A DNA stretch of 58,255 bases, counting the filler, from Sphacelaria rigidula (taxonomy: Eukaryota): the NCBI GenBank assembly GCA_964200075.2. It is 10 parts of 10 records of this genome, joined end to end, with 100 filler letters (N's around TTAATTAATTAA, not from the genome) between each part and the next. Parts side by side here need not be neighbours in the genome. Positions count along the whole stretch, not along the records: positions 23,346 to 29,080 come from CAXNAA020024852.1; positions 29,181 to 34,915 come from CAXNAA020024853.1; positions 35,016 to 40,750 come from CAXNAA020024854.1; 7 more parts are not named here. One strand, given 5' to 3'. The notes beneath the pieces are model-generated. The model was not told where the DNA came from and did no database searches. It worked only from the letters and a program-made list of their open reading frames with translations. Position numbers and translations under genes: made by a program. This document shows, one piece after another, positions 26,801-39,365 of this stretch (its first letter is position 1; every line of letters starts with the position of its first letter).

Positions 26801-28572
26801 CCGGGCTGACACTTGCAGACATGATACCGATTCAATTCAGAGCGATAATGGTCCAGATCAAGTCGTGTTAAAGCTGTTGTACATAATGGTAATATTTCTG
26901 CCCCCTCCCCCTTTTTTTTCTCTCAATTCCTTATACCTTATGTTGGGTAGTTAGCCTATGACCACGGAGGGCGTGCGCATCAGATGCCCGGTACAGAAGT
27001 ACAACTACTGCGCAGGTGTCAGAACAGTTTGTCATGTGAAGAGACCAACAACAACTACATATAATACCGCTTCAAATTGGGAAAAGCTGGGATAATTGTT
27101 GAATCTAGCCACCGCTAATGATGACAAAATAAACGCAGCAGCAGCAGAAAAAGAAGAAGAACAGTAAAAACGGACGAGACAGGCGTGCGAGATCAAACAT
27201 GCTCGAAGTGTAACGCCCATACAGAACACAGCGCTCAAGACAATTCGAAACGCAAAGTGATGACGGTGATGCCAAAGCTAAAGGAGATGACACGCCGACC
27301 TGTTGGTGTTTCTCAGAGCCTTTTCAGCAGGTTAAAGAGCTGTACAGAGCAGCAGACCCAAGACGAGAGCATTTTAACCAGGTCTAACAGCGGCCCGAAA
27401 AGTGCCCTTTAACCCGACTGAGGACAAAAAAATATACTGCTATGACCCGGCTGAGTGTTTCAGGCATGATATCGGTTTTCAACTCGAAGCGAAAAATGAT
27501 GCCGATCCAGGAATAATGATGAAGGCTGCAGCAGTGCAATAGAAGCAGGGAAAAGGAAGAGAGACAGATGAAAGCACGCTCGAGGCAGAACACGGAAAGC
27601 ACCCTGATTTCCAGTGAAGCATAAGATAGGAAAGGAGCAATGAAAAAGACATACTCGGAAATAATGTCGACCAAAAATGTAAGAGCGACCCGGCTGGCCG
27701 TTTCAGCACATGACGGCCGTCCGTTTCAGGCATGATGTCAATTTAAACCGAAAATAAGAATGATTCCGATATCAGAATACTAGAAAACGCTGTAGCAGCG
27801 GAATAGAAACACGAAGAAAAAAAAGAAGCATGCTTGCGATATCAAAACACGCTCGAGGTGTAACGCCCATGCAGAACAGAGTGCTGAAAGCAAATGCACT
27901 TCAAACCCGAGCAGAAACAGAACGCGCACTAATGTCTAGTGAAATGCAAGAGAAAAAAGGATCGGCGAAAATGATGTGATCGAATATGATGCTTATCAAA
28001 AGTGTAAGAAACTACCCAGTAGAGACGCACTCGAAAACCAAGCACAGACGAATTGGTGGCTTCTCAGGCGTCGACAGCAGCATGACACTTGCCTGCCTGC
28101 CGGAAAGGCATATGACGGCAATGATGAATGATGAAATGGATAAATAATACTCCACGATAAAGGGAACGCGAAATGCTCGTCCGTGACAGCTCGTCGGCGA
28201 AGTGATATCTACCTGCAGGGCAGACATTTGGTCGAAAATATGAATAAGTACTTTGAGATATATCGTTCAGGGGTTTGTTCATGAATTCAGGAATCGATTT
28301 GTTCGTTCGTTGTTTTTCTTGAGCTCAGTTTTACTGTTGTCTCACGGTTCTCTCACTGCCGCCCTCCCCATTTCGAATGACGTTCTTCTGCCAATCACCG
28401 CTGATCGTTTCAGGTGTTCGATGAAGATACCGGACGATGGCGGCTGATCAAAGGCACGGGTGAGATCATAGAGAGGATCGTGTCCCGCCAAGAGCAGCAG
28501 GAGATACAGCAGCACGCCTCGCGATGGGGGTGGGATCACAAAACTCTCTCCCAAGGATCAGCGCGCTCATGA
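23884..28572 (+). CDS. ARL6IP4: ARL6IP4/SR-25-like nuclear Ser/Arg/Lys-rich protein; exons 23884-25312 and 28414-28572 (5' exon not identified)
   Basis: A 1.4-kb open low-complexity S/R/K-rich exon ends RAMVPMRPEEYEAQQNTIRE and splices in phase 0 to VFDEDTGRWRLIKGTGEIIERIVSRQEQQEIQQHA, the conserved SR-25 C-terminal motif. Confidence 0.88.
26487..26597 (+). repeat. Dispersed repeat shared with 5838-5945
   Basis: Both contain TTGCGTGGA..GACCAGCG..AAATCGTGGATTTGGTG..TCG..GATGATTC. Probably a TE fragment within an intron. Confidence 0.6.
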
Positions 28573-29180
28573 GCACCACCGCAAGGGCGGGGGACCGGGT
28601 AGTGAAGTGACTGGGGGTATCTGGATAGGGCGGGGACGAAAATGCGTCAAAAGCCGGCAATTCTGATCTTTCGTCAGAGACTTCCAGCTGGAATGACGAC
28701 GCCTTGTGTTTTCCCTCACGACCTCTTTCGAAAATAGGAGTTCGTCAAATGCGTGGTTTACGCGCACTAGAGTTCGAGATGTGTATGAGGAATCAGCCCA
28801 TATCGATAAATCACAGCATCATTCATATCGCGCCAATTTTGGTACTCACTACGTGAAATGTTTGAGATATGAAAATTTGTTTTATCGAGTGGTGTCACTG
28901 TCGGGGTGCACAAGAGACACATTTCTCTGCGTCGAATTGTTGGGAGCCCGTCACCTCATTGAAGAACGGGTCCCAAAAAACAGTGAGAGCTTGCCACGAT
29001 TAGTATTCCAACGGACAAAGGATGGGTCATCCCACGAGAAGGGTGGGGAGGGTGGGGGGGGGGCGTACTCATTTGTTGCTNNNNNNNNNNNNNNNNNNNN
29101 NNNNNNNNNNNNNNNNNNNNNNNNTTAATTAATTAANNNNNNNNNNNNNNNNNNNNNNNNNNNNNNNNNNNNNNNNNNNN

Positions 29181-29251
29181 TGCTCCGTCCCGGCTTTGTA
29201 GGGATGCGAGGTCAATGGTCTGATGACTATGGCAAGCATGATCATGAGTAC
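29181..29251 (+). mobile_element. LINE 3'-end fragment (second subfamily), tail absent
   Basis: TGCTCCGTCCCGGCTTTGTAGGGATGCGAGGTCAATGG..GATCATGAGTAC matches 51067-51146 and 7879-7948. Confidence 0.75.
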
Positions 29252-32200
29252 TGGTGGGCTACAGGTGAACTACTTCGCCGTCTACCGGTATTTCTCCTTT
29301 TGGCCAGGCACAAGACCCGTACATGGGGATAATTTTGTAGTGAATTAAATTATATGCGCGAAGCGCGATTATGGCCGAGCGTTCGAGATCGGCACCCGGC
29401 AAACACTGAGGACCCGTTTAAAATCAGGCGAAGAACTAAAACATGAGACATGTCCTGTTTCATTGTACTGCAGCACGAACAAACACACTCACGTCCGCTC
29501 TCATGTGCTGTAACTATCATTGTTCTGTGTTGTGTCCAGACCTTGCGAAGATGGTTTGATCCCCGTTGAGGTTGCCTGAGCTGCTGTATTGTTGTGTTCA
29601 TCTCTCTGTAAAATAGAAATATTAGTCGGGACGGGGTGCTGTCTGCACGCTTGACTGTTAAATACTTTATGTTACCGAGATCCATCATTTCATCATTTGC
29701 CATTCGCGCGATTCCAAACATGGCTGGGTAAAAACACACAACCAGCGCCGGTATGCAGCGCTCGACCGGCTGAGACAGACCCCGTGCTCCGATGAAAGGA
29801 GCAACCGACGGCATAGTGCGGACATACTGCACCGCCAGGCTACTGCTTGCACCCGTCAGCATGGCGGCCGCTGCCGGTGGCAACGGCGCCAGCGCTCGCG
29901 GCCACGGCAAGACACGACCAGCGATACTAAGATTAGGATATACCGATTCACAAGCATCGCAATAACGCCCTGCATCGGCAATGTGCCACTCGCCGTCTGA
30001 TTGTCCGCTCGCAGCATCGTTTCTCTGCTACTGTTCTCTCCTGTACTGTAGTACGTACACTACGGAGCAATTACAAGCATTTTTCACTACATCATTCACT
30101 TCGAAGGTCGCATTACAACGGCGCTAGATTCCGCCGATTCCCCACTGAAGGGCCTCTGATTGGTTGAATTCCACATTTAGCCACAACAAAGATCTAGCCC
30201 CATATATGGGCGTTGTGCCTTCGGCCATGACAATTCAACGAAATATTTATGTTACCATGAGTACAAATAGCTTGTTTTGAACGAGTACTCTGCTCGAGGT
30301 CTGTGCCGCCTGTCTGGCGCCTCATGTGTTGCCAGCATGGCTTCACACTGTCTGTACTGTAGTGTCGTTGTTGAACACTACGCAGAGTCATTAGTAGTGT
30401 GCAGTAAATTGTGTACAGTGGAGAGCGATGGCACGTTGATTGTTTCTTGCCGTTGTATCCAGCGGAGACACTGCACACATACTGACTCTATACACTTCTG
30501 ACTGCACGGTCAGAATCGGTCAGGGGTTCTCCGGATTTTTTTTACGTAGATGCCCATCATCCACGTGTTCATGAAGAAGGCGTGTTGTGTAGCGAGAAAA
30601 GAGCTGTTCTGAACTCCAAATGTGGCATAGTTCAACTCAGCTCACCTGCGAGAGGGTCGCTGTCCAGGATTTGAGCGAGGGGACCTAAAGAAATGGTCGT
30701 ACACGGTGGTTGATAATATGGAGGTGCCGTCAACCCTAACGCTAACCCTAATCCCGATCCAAGGCGTACGAGAACCCTCGAGTAAGGAAGGTGTAAGGTG
30801 TTCCCTGGGCAAAGTGTGCGTTGGCAGAGCTCAAATCGACGCCCAGGCGCCGATTATGGACGAAAACACGTTCTGGATAGCTGGGTCTAGTGCTCACCTT
30901 ACCCAAAACATAAATTTTCTCAGAACTTTTTTCAGTCTGAAATCAACTAAAATCGAGTACCAATCGTTGTGTACAGACATTTCTCTAGGTCTACTGACTT
31001 GAGCATATCGCTATGAACTGCAGACCAACCTGGTAACACGGCACCACCGCTGAGTGAAGAAAAAGTGAAGGAAAACATACTGCATAATATATAACCTTAA
31101 CGTCGGATAACCTCAACAACGACGAAAAAAGAGCATATGTCGGGATTCAAACTCATGACCTCCATAACAGAATTCTCCTGTATCGCTTGGATTAAAGGGG
31201 CGCGGCCGTGTCACCCGAAAAGTGCGATGCGGCGCCCAATTTGAAGTGTTTTCGGCCGAAACTTTACCAGGATGTCCTGGACGCGAGTGCCCACGATGTT
31301 GTTCGGGGTGCAGCCGTTTTCATCATTTCTTCACGGAGTTATAGCCGTTTTTCCTGTTTTTACTGAAACTTCAATTCGCTCTAAATTCCTGTTTGTTTTT
31401 TCTCTGCACCCCCATTAGGGTTCCGCGGGTTGATGATAAAAAATGTCCGTGTTAAAATTTCAGCGCCATCTCTTGGGATCACTGTCAGCTGGCCCAGGTC
31501 GTGCCAGATTTTTTACGGGGATGAAAGGAGCACGCGTACCTGGGGCGAGATGATATTTCGTGTTTTGTTCAAAATACCAAGGGGTTCGCGTCGCAGTACC
31601 CGCAAAAATGACTTATTTTTCAAGAGGTGGAGGAGTGCGTCCAGTCCCCTGGGAAATTAAGTGTTGTTGAAGAGGATAAGCGATGGGCATCGCAGTACAA
31701 GTACCGTACCCCAAGGTACTGGCGAACGCCTCTTCACCAACAGGCCCTTACAGGCTGGCAGGAGGGGAATGTTGTCTCCCATCACAGTGGAAAAGTACCA
31801 CGAGAAATTCCATTGCAGTCCTACATGTTCCCTTCCATGAGCCTTGCCTGTTCCCCACACCAAAACAGGATAGCTCATGCGCAAAATTTGACACTAAGTT
31901 CGCTGTGCCGACACTCCTCGCAGGACCATAGTACAGTACCGTGCTGTGCAGCATTTACAGGCAGTGTGCGATTCTCTTCACAAGGCTGTAATCCATATCT
32001 CACAGTACAGTACAACACTAACTTCTGCAGTAAGGGCATGGTGCATGCAAGAGACGGCACTGCAAACAGTACAGTTGGTGCATACGTGTAACGCGGGCTT
32101 GACTAGTTAAAACACAGCTACATGCGCGCATCATGTCACACGTGACAAGGAATACAGGAACGGCTACCTTGTTTTTTGCTGCCGCGAAACTCCGTTATTC

Positions 32201-33135
32201 TCATAGTGCAGAGAGACCAAGAAGCCAGCAAAAAAGCAAGCGGTGCGTCAACCTGCACGGAAGTGTGGAACGCATCATCACCGGTGTGGCAGAGTTACGT
32301 TTGGTGTGGCCAAGAATGCAAAATGCTGCACAAGCATCCACAGAACGCCCACAAGATCCGTGGCAAACACGTACGAAGTATGTTGCTAAATCCCAAAGCC
32401 CGACGGGATACAAAGGAGCCAGGAAGAAAGCAGGCAGTACCTCAAGAAAAAACACTGGAGTCGGAGATGTTTTGTAACTGGTGTGGCAGAGTTGCGTGGA
32501 GCGTAGAAATTAAATGTGAAATACCGCACCACAGTGTAGAAGACAGAAAACAGCGAGGTTTTGCGCTTTTCTGGGACGCGCAGACCCTGATCTGGGACGC
32601 TTACGAGTAGACGTCGGGAATTTGTCGGCAACGCCCTGTTTGTTCGAGGTATCTCAGCGCACCAAACGAGCACCGTGAGCGCAAGGAATACATCAGAAAG
32701 CTAGCTATTTGCGGTCGGTACACATCGCCGTTGACTGCAACGCTGGAAGTATAAAAAGTGGCGTTTCAACGGGACATACATATCACATATCAAGACATGA
32801 AGACACTGGGAAATTGTTGTTTTGAGCCCTTCCGTGCCATTCCTTCGGCACATGTTTCTCGTCCATCGTGATCTGGTAGGAAAGGATGCTTGCGTCGCTC
32901 GCAGAGTTTCACCCCTGTAGTGGTGTGGCACATTGCTGTACGTGACGGTTTCATATGCAGCCATAGAAGAGGCCGCTAGGTGGTGCTATATCACAGATGA
33001 CTTCGAATGTGATGGCGGTTTCCGTGTGTGATATCGTACAGCTGAGTTTTATCCATGGCGTCCAACTGTGGACCGTGGCCAACACCCTCGCCTGCGTTGG
33101 CCGTTCGTTGGTTTACCTTGTTCTGTTTGTTCAAG

Positions 33136-34511
33136 GTGGGGAAGCTGTTGGAAGCAAAAAAGCGGTACAAAGACACCACCGGTACCGACTACGCGCCTCC
33201 GAAGCCGGACAAGAAGAAGGATGGTAGCAAGAAGTCCAAACCCAACGTAAGTAAACTATTACTATCTACCAGCGCATGGAGCAGGTATGAAACCTCATGG
33301 GCAGGTGTAGTCAAGCGTACTGACTGCTGCATTTGTCCTAGTCTTGACTCGCTTTTGATCACTGTAGAAAGGTGATTCGCTAGTGGTCGTTGCGTGGCGG
33401 CCGTCTTCTGTGCGCTGTATTCTTTGTATTTCTTCATGTATGATGCACAGGAAGAGGAACCTGCCTCGGCTGGCCCAAGCAAGAATGCCCAAAAGAAGGC
33501 CGCAAAGTTGGCCAGCAAAGCCGCGGGGAAGACGGGGGGTGCGTCGTCGACATCACCGCCCACTACATCCAAGTCACCACAAGCCACCTCGGCTGCGCCC
33601 GCCGCCGCGCCCAAAGCTACTCCTCTCCCCGTGGCCTCTGGCCCGCTGATGTATCTCAACAGCGATGGGCCTGGACCTCTGAAGTGCGTCGCTGCCGCTC
33701 GGTTGTTTGGGATTAAAGTAGACGCAGCAGAGATGAACCCAGCGGGTGAGACAATGAGCGAGACCGAGGAGGATGGCTGATGTACACCAAATGGCTAGCA
33801 TAGCCGTGCCGTTCATGTGCTCAGTTGGTACCTGTTGGAAAGAGTTGAGAGTTAATCTTGGTAAAACCAATGATACCTCTGCATCCTTGCTTCACTCCAG
33901 CATGACTTGTTACCTGGTGCGGATCGCATCTTGCGACGGTTGGTTGCCCTCCAGAAATTGACGGCTGGCGGCTGCACGTTTTTTCAAGACCAGCGCTTGA
34001 TTTGAGGGACAGGCTTGCCCGTGTGTTGTCGTCCGGTGCTGGTACCTCGCAGGAGGTTGGCTCTTTCGATTTTTTGGCACGGTAAACGATCTCGACATGC
34101 TGCCGATGAATAGGCCGTTGGTCGACGTTGTGCAGCAGAAATACAGCGTGATTTTTCAATCCTCCCCACCATCTCCCTCCATCGCCTCGATCATGTATGC
34201 ATATCACGTCTGGACTCATTCCCTTCCTACACCCAGGTAACCTTTCCTCTGCATCTGGATGCGCGCTTACCGTGGGGCGGTCGCTCATCTTCGGGCCCAA
34301 CGCCATCTGTAGATATTTTTCGTACAGGGGAAGGTCGAAGAGCGACTCGGCGGCAGCGGAGGAGTGGCTGGAGTGGGAAGCATCAGCGCTTGCTCCTACA
34401 GAAAAAGTGATCGGCGAAACAAAAAAGGCCGGCGGTGCCCCGCCAGCTCAAGCTCTCTCCCCCCTACAATACCTGGAGGATAAGCTCTCCGGCGATTGGC
34501 TTCTTGACGGG
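33136..34511 (+). CDS. Aminoacyl-tRNA synthetase-related protein: WHEP half-domain followed by a MetRS-type GST-like domain; exons 33136-33246, 33451-33745, 34237-34511 (partial)
   Basis: VGKLLEAKKRYKDTTGTDY fits WHEP helix 2. LMYLNSDGPGPLKCVAAA..LIFGPNAICRYF..EEWLEWEASALAP resembles the GST-like appendix of animal MetRS. Splice phases (0, 1) are consistent. Confidence 0.75.
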
Positions 34512-36879
34512 GTAAGACGACTTGTTTATTCAGAGTTTTGAACTCGTTCGAACCCTTGGTTAAATACCAGGCACATATTACAACCAGTTACACCTATCGG
34601 GGAGAATGACATTTCTGGCAGAGACGCGCTGACGTTCTCCAGTATGGCTGGTGAGGAAGCCTCGCCAGAGATATAAAGAATATGTGTTTTGAAGTCACAA
34701 TTATTCAAAATTGTGTTGAATCCCATTTTTGAAATTTATCGACTCGATCAAAAAAGGATGAGGGAAGGAGATATTCTCTGACACTCCGCGCGTGTCCCAA
34801 CTTCTTGGCAGCAGTCGGGGCCCATCACCCCTCAAAAGACGGGATAAATGAGGACCGACGCCCGGATGGGTAGGGTGACTCGTGTACAGAGTCGAGCTAG
34901 GGGACATTGTAGGAGNNNNNNNNNNNNNNNNNNNNNNNNNNNNNNNNNNNNNNNNNNNNTTAATTAATTAANNNNNNNNNNNNNNNNNNNNNNNNNNNNN
35001 NNNNNNNNNNNNNNNATGCGCCCACATATACCGAAAGGTGTAGACTGGCGCCCAGAATAAATGGGACGACAACACACACAACACACATTGTACCCTACTG
35101 ATCCACCTCCAAGCTGGCTCAGCTCGTATTGGTCCACGGTGGCCTCAACATGCCAGCCAAGTCTTCGCGCGAAACTTTTGCGGAAAGCCACGGCATGACG
35201 GCGGGTATGCAGTGCAACATACCACTGCTCCCATACTGCTCTGAGATAGATAATGCACGCCACCATGCTCCACACCCTCTTGCTTTGCACCCAAAGACCT
35301 GAGGCTGGCATGGCATGCCCTCTGCCCATTTTGTCTCTGAATTTCATAGTAATACCGATCGCTTGGGTTTTGAGGGGGTTCCGTCGTTCATCTGTCTGTA
35401 CAGAGTACATGGCGACTGCAGTGCCGTCCCATATTCTAGCCCACGAGCACTTGCACAGCCTGCACGGTCTTCTTTTCTGGTGGCTTCTTAGTGACTGGCA
35501 GGAGGATTGCGCAGTATATGCGAGAACATGATCCGATTGCGTCCGTGGGCACGGTCAAAGGCGACCTACAGCTCAAGATATCGATAATTGAAGTTGATCG
35601 AGACGTTGATTGGTGTTTTTTCGCACTTTGTTCTTCACCGCTTCGCCCTCTCCGCTGGTCAAAACCGGAGGCGAAGGCGAGAATGTACACATGCAAACTG
35701 TCTTCACATGCAAAACTATTCTTCCAGTTTCTTTGCCAGCATGCGCAATTGAGCAATGCCTCCACCACCCACCGTCCACCTGTGGGTCAGCAGCACAAAA
35801 ACGAGGACATCGGATTTACCGTGCGGCCGCGGGTTTGAACATAAGAGCTGATGTGAATAATTTGTTGTTTGTATTAATTAAATTCAAATTAAATTCCCGG
35901 CGGAGCATTTGCCAGATTGTACGATTTCAAATTGCACCGCATTTTTCAGGACAACAACGCTGTGTACAGTGGAGCAGAAGCAACCCGGTGAGAAGGCGAC
36001 AGGAGACCGGCAGCTACCGTCAGTCATCTCAAAGACGGGGGAAAAGGGGGGGGGCAGGGAAGAAATAAACGTCATATCCCGTGACTGCAGTCGGGGATTA
36101 TATAGAGCCGGATAGCAAAGCAGCGACCCATAGCATGAGTGGCGAGCAACAAGAAGCCAACTCGATTGCGGAAAGCAACGACAACGCGGGTGGGGGCTTC
36201 ATTAGGGAGGAAGCCCAGGGAACGCCACAGGCGATGACAGCTGGGGCTGTTGAAGGTACACGTATAGTGTAAACGTATACATGAGAGCGGTGCCTTGATT
36301 TCGTTGCAAGGACCGATATCGCCCCTCTGCCCGGCACAGCCGAGCATCTTCTGATGTTGGCACTGCGATGTTCGTAGTACAGGACAGATACATACGCGCC
36401 TGACAACAACCCCAGAACGGCCTCCGTATCCCTTGCTGTACAGTACTATGGTACACTCTGTACTATTATACTGTACTGTACTGTTCAACACAGTGCCGTA
36501 CTGATGTAAGACCAATTCATGACATACCTCCTTGTGCGTCGGCTTTGTCACCTCGAGGAACTGTAGAAATCTCTGCTCCAGGGACGGCCGGGATGAATGA
36601 GGTTAGAACAGGTGAGCGTGCGGTGAGCGGTGCTGCAGAGGGTGCGGGAGGCAGCGGCAGCGGCGACGGCGGTGCTGCCGAAGGAGGGAGGCCGGTGCGC
36701 CAGAGAGAGCCTAAGCCTGTGGAGTTCCAGGCGGACCTGGCAGTGCCGTTCGATAGGCTTGCGTTATCAGGTCAGATATGATATTTACGCTTCGAAACGC
36801 TTCAATGAGGGTACACTTCAATTTGAGAGGGAACTACTGCGCTGCAGTGCGCTGCGCAGTGCAGTCCAGTTGGAACAGT

Positions 36880-39365
36880 GGTACATGCTGTGGATATGGG
36901 ATAAGCCGTCGTATAGTAGTACTTCAAGATACTAGTTCCGCCGCGTCTTCTTCAGTAGTGTGGCGTGCACGCCACCGCACGGAAGTAAGGCTGTAGGGTG
37001 CGCCCGGGCATGCCTGACGGATCGGGCGACCTGCTGTTGTGTCGATCAGCTGGACCCATGCGTGGAGGAGAGGTCGGCGGAGAAGGGGCAGAGCACCGTG
37101 TGCAGACGTGCACACGGCCCCAGAACCGAGCGTTTCTGACACAAAAACATATAATTATGAACACAATCGACACCAATGTTCAGTAAATAACCTGTCAGCA
37201 GAGCCCGCAGCGACGTGGGGATCAGCTGCATGGTTTCAGATTTCCAATCCGAGCCTTGTAGCGCGAGAAAGGTTTGGGTGAGTACCGAGGCAACGCGGTG
37301 GGCATTGGGTTGCGGGCAGACCAAGCGCGGGGAGTCCTCCAGCGCCATCTTTCCATATGTTAGGAAGGGGAGCTGTAACAGGCGTTTGGGACGGGAGCGA
37401 TGCCCCGCGCGTCGAGTGCCGGCAGGCAGTGTAATGTAAGGTGTTTTGAGTATCTCCGCTTGGGCAGAAAAAGCGAGTTGGGGGCTCTACAAACGGCGAT
37501 TATGAGGGATGGGTGGCGTGGTGGGGTGCAGCACTCTGCGAAGCGATTTTCGGTTTTGCAGGTCAGTGTTCGATCGGGTACACGTGCAGAGAGAGCACGG
37601 TTGCCTTGTTTAGTTGCGACCGCAGGCCACCCGCCCCACAAAAGGCACTTCAGCAACGCGCTACTATCGGGTAGCAATCAAAATGACCGCCGTATGTTCA
37701 ACACATCAGCCAGTCTCGCGAAAAACGCAATAGCAAACCCCGGTGGTGTTCCTGGCGAAGACTCTTTGTGCCTTGTATGGCGACCTGGGGGCGGGGGACA
37801 GGGAGAGGGTTGCCTTTGTGGGTTAGTTGCGTCAATAATATGCTGGGTTGGATATCGGCGGGTAATATCGTACGCGATCTGCTTCCTGTGTATGGGGTAT
37901 CTTCCATTGATGGCTTGAACAGTAGGGGGAGGAGAGCTGCGCGATGCTTGGCCCCTAGCGGTGCAGTGCAGGTGAGCACAACACACGCGCTGTGACCAGG
38001 GGGTGCTTTTGAGCCCGTAAGGCGCACGCGCTACAGTTCCAAGCACTGGTTTCACTGCGGTGTACGGTCCTAGCCCCGTTTCCGTGATGTATGGGCCCTT
38101 TTTTTTTTTAATGGGAAATCGAGCCGGCTGCTGGCTTCGCTGCCTGCCCCAGTGGGCTCCTGCCCTCTGGGAAGTAACACGGAATAGAGTAGTGAACGAG
38201 AAATGGCTGAGGGGTTGTGTGTGTTGACAGGGGGGGCGCCCTTTGTGCCTGACTGTATCATGTCGTGGTGCGTGGGCAAGGAACGAGCAATCCCCGCCAG
38301 CTGGGAACATCAGCGGGTAGTACTGTTGCATTTTCCGCCAGACCGACTGATGTTCGCGCCATACTGCGGTGATTGTGATTGCAACCCGATAGTAGCGCGT
38401 TGCAGAAGTACCCGTCGCGGGGCGGGTGGCCTGCGGCTGCGACTAAACAAGGCAACCGTGCACTCTTTGCGCGTGCATCTGAACGAACACTGACCTGCAA
38501 GACTGGAAATCGCTCCGCTGAGTGTTGCACCCCACCATGCCACCCCTCATAATTGCCGCTTGTAGAGCCCCCAACTCGCTTTATTGCCCTAGCGGAGACA
38601 CACAAAATGTCCCTACACTTTACGGCCTGCCGGCGCTCGACGCGAAGGCCCCCGCTCTCGTCCCAAGCGCCTGTCACAGCACCCCTTCGTAAGGTACGGA
38701 CAGCTGGCGCTAGAGAACCCCCCGCGTTCGGTCTGCCCGCAACCCAATTTCCACCGCGTTGCCTCGGTGCTCACCTGACCCATTCTCGCGCTACAAGGCT
38801 CGGACCAGAAATCTGGAACCATGCAGCTGATTCCCACGTCGCTGCGGATACCGCTGATGGTTTACTTTCTGAATAATATTTTTGACCGTGTACATGATGA
38901 TTTTTTATTGTCTCAGAAACGCTATTTTTTTTTTAGGGGGGGGGGGGGGGTGTTTGGGGGGCGTGGACGTGTTGTCCTGGGGTGTCCCGCCCTGTGTTTG
39001 CCTTTCTTCTCTTGTCGGGAACGGCACGTTGTTGNNNNNNNNNNGTTGGTTTGTTTCCTCGCTGTTTTTTGTCTGTTTCTGCTCTCTTCTGTTTTGTTCC
39101 GCGTGCGGGCCGGTTGTTCGGGGGTCGTACGCACGTTCGCCTACGGTGCTCCGTCCCTTGTTCGCCGATCTCTCCTGCGAGCGGGTGTCCAACTGCTAGA
39201 TACAGCAGCAGGTCACCCAATACGTTGGCTGCGCCCTGGCGCGCCCTACACCCTTGCTCCTGCACCGTGGCGTGCACGCCAAATTGCTGAAGAAAACGCG
39301 GCGGAACTGCGGAAGAGCTTCCTCTGAAGTACTCTGATGGCTTCCCAATATTTAAACATGTACAG
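36880..39365. repeat. Long diverged inverted repeat; arms ~36880-37775 and ~38275-39365
   Basis: The arms align as reverse complements (compare ORF-track peptides 37215+ and 38613-). The right arm has an extra insertion at ~38925-39115 containing a 10-N gap. Confidence 0.85.

Noticed and set aside
29350..29910. 186-aa minus-strand ORF
   Set aside because: No recognisable motif or supported splice structure.
30732..30755. Telomere-like CCCTAA repeats (also ~56470)
   Set aside because: Only 2-4 degenerate internal units.
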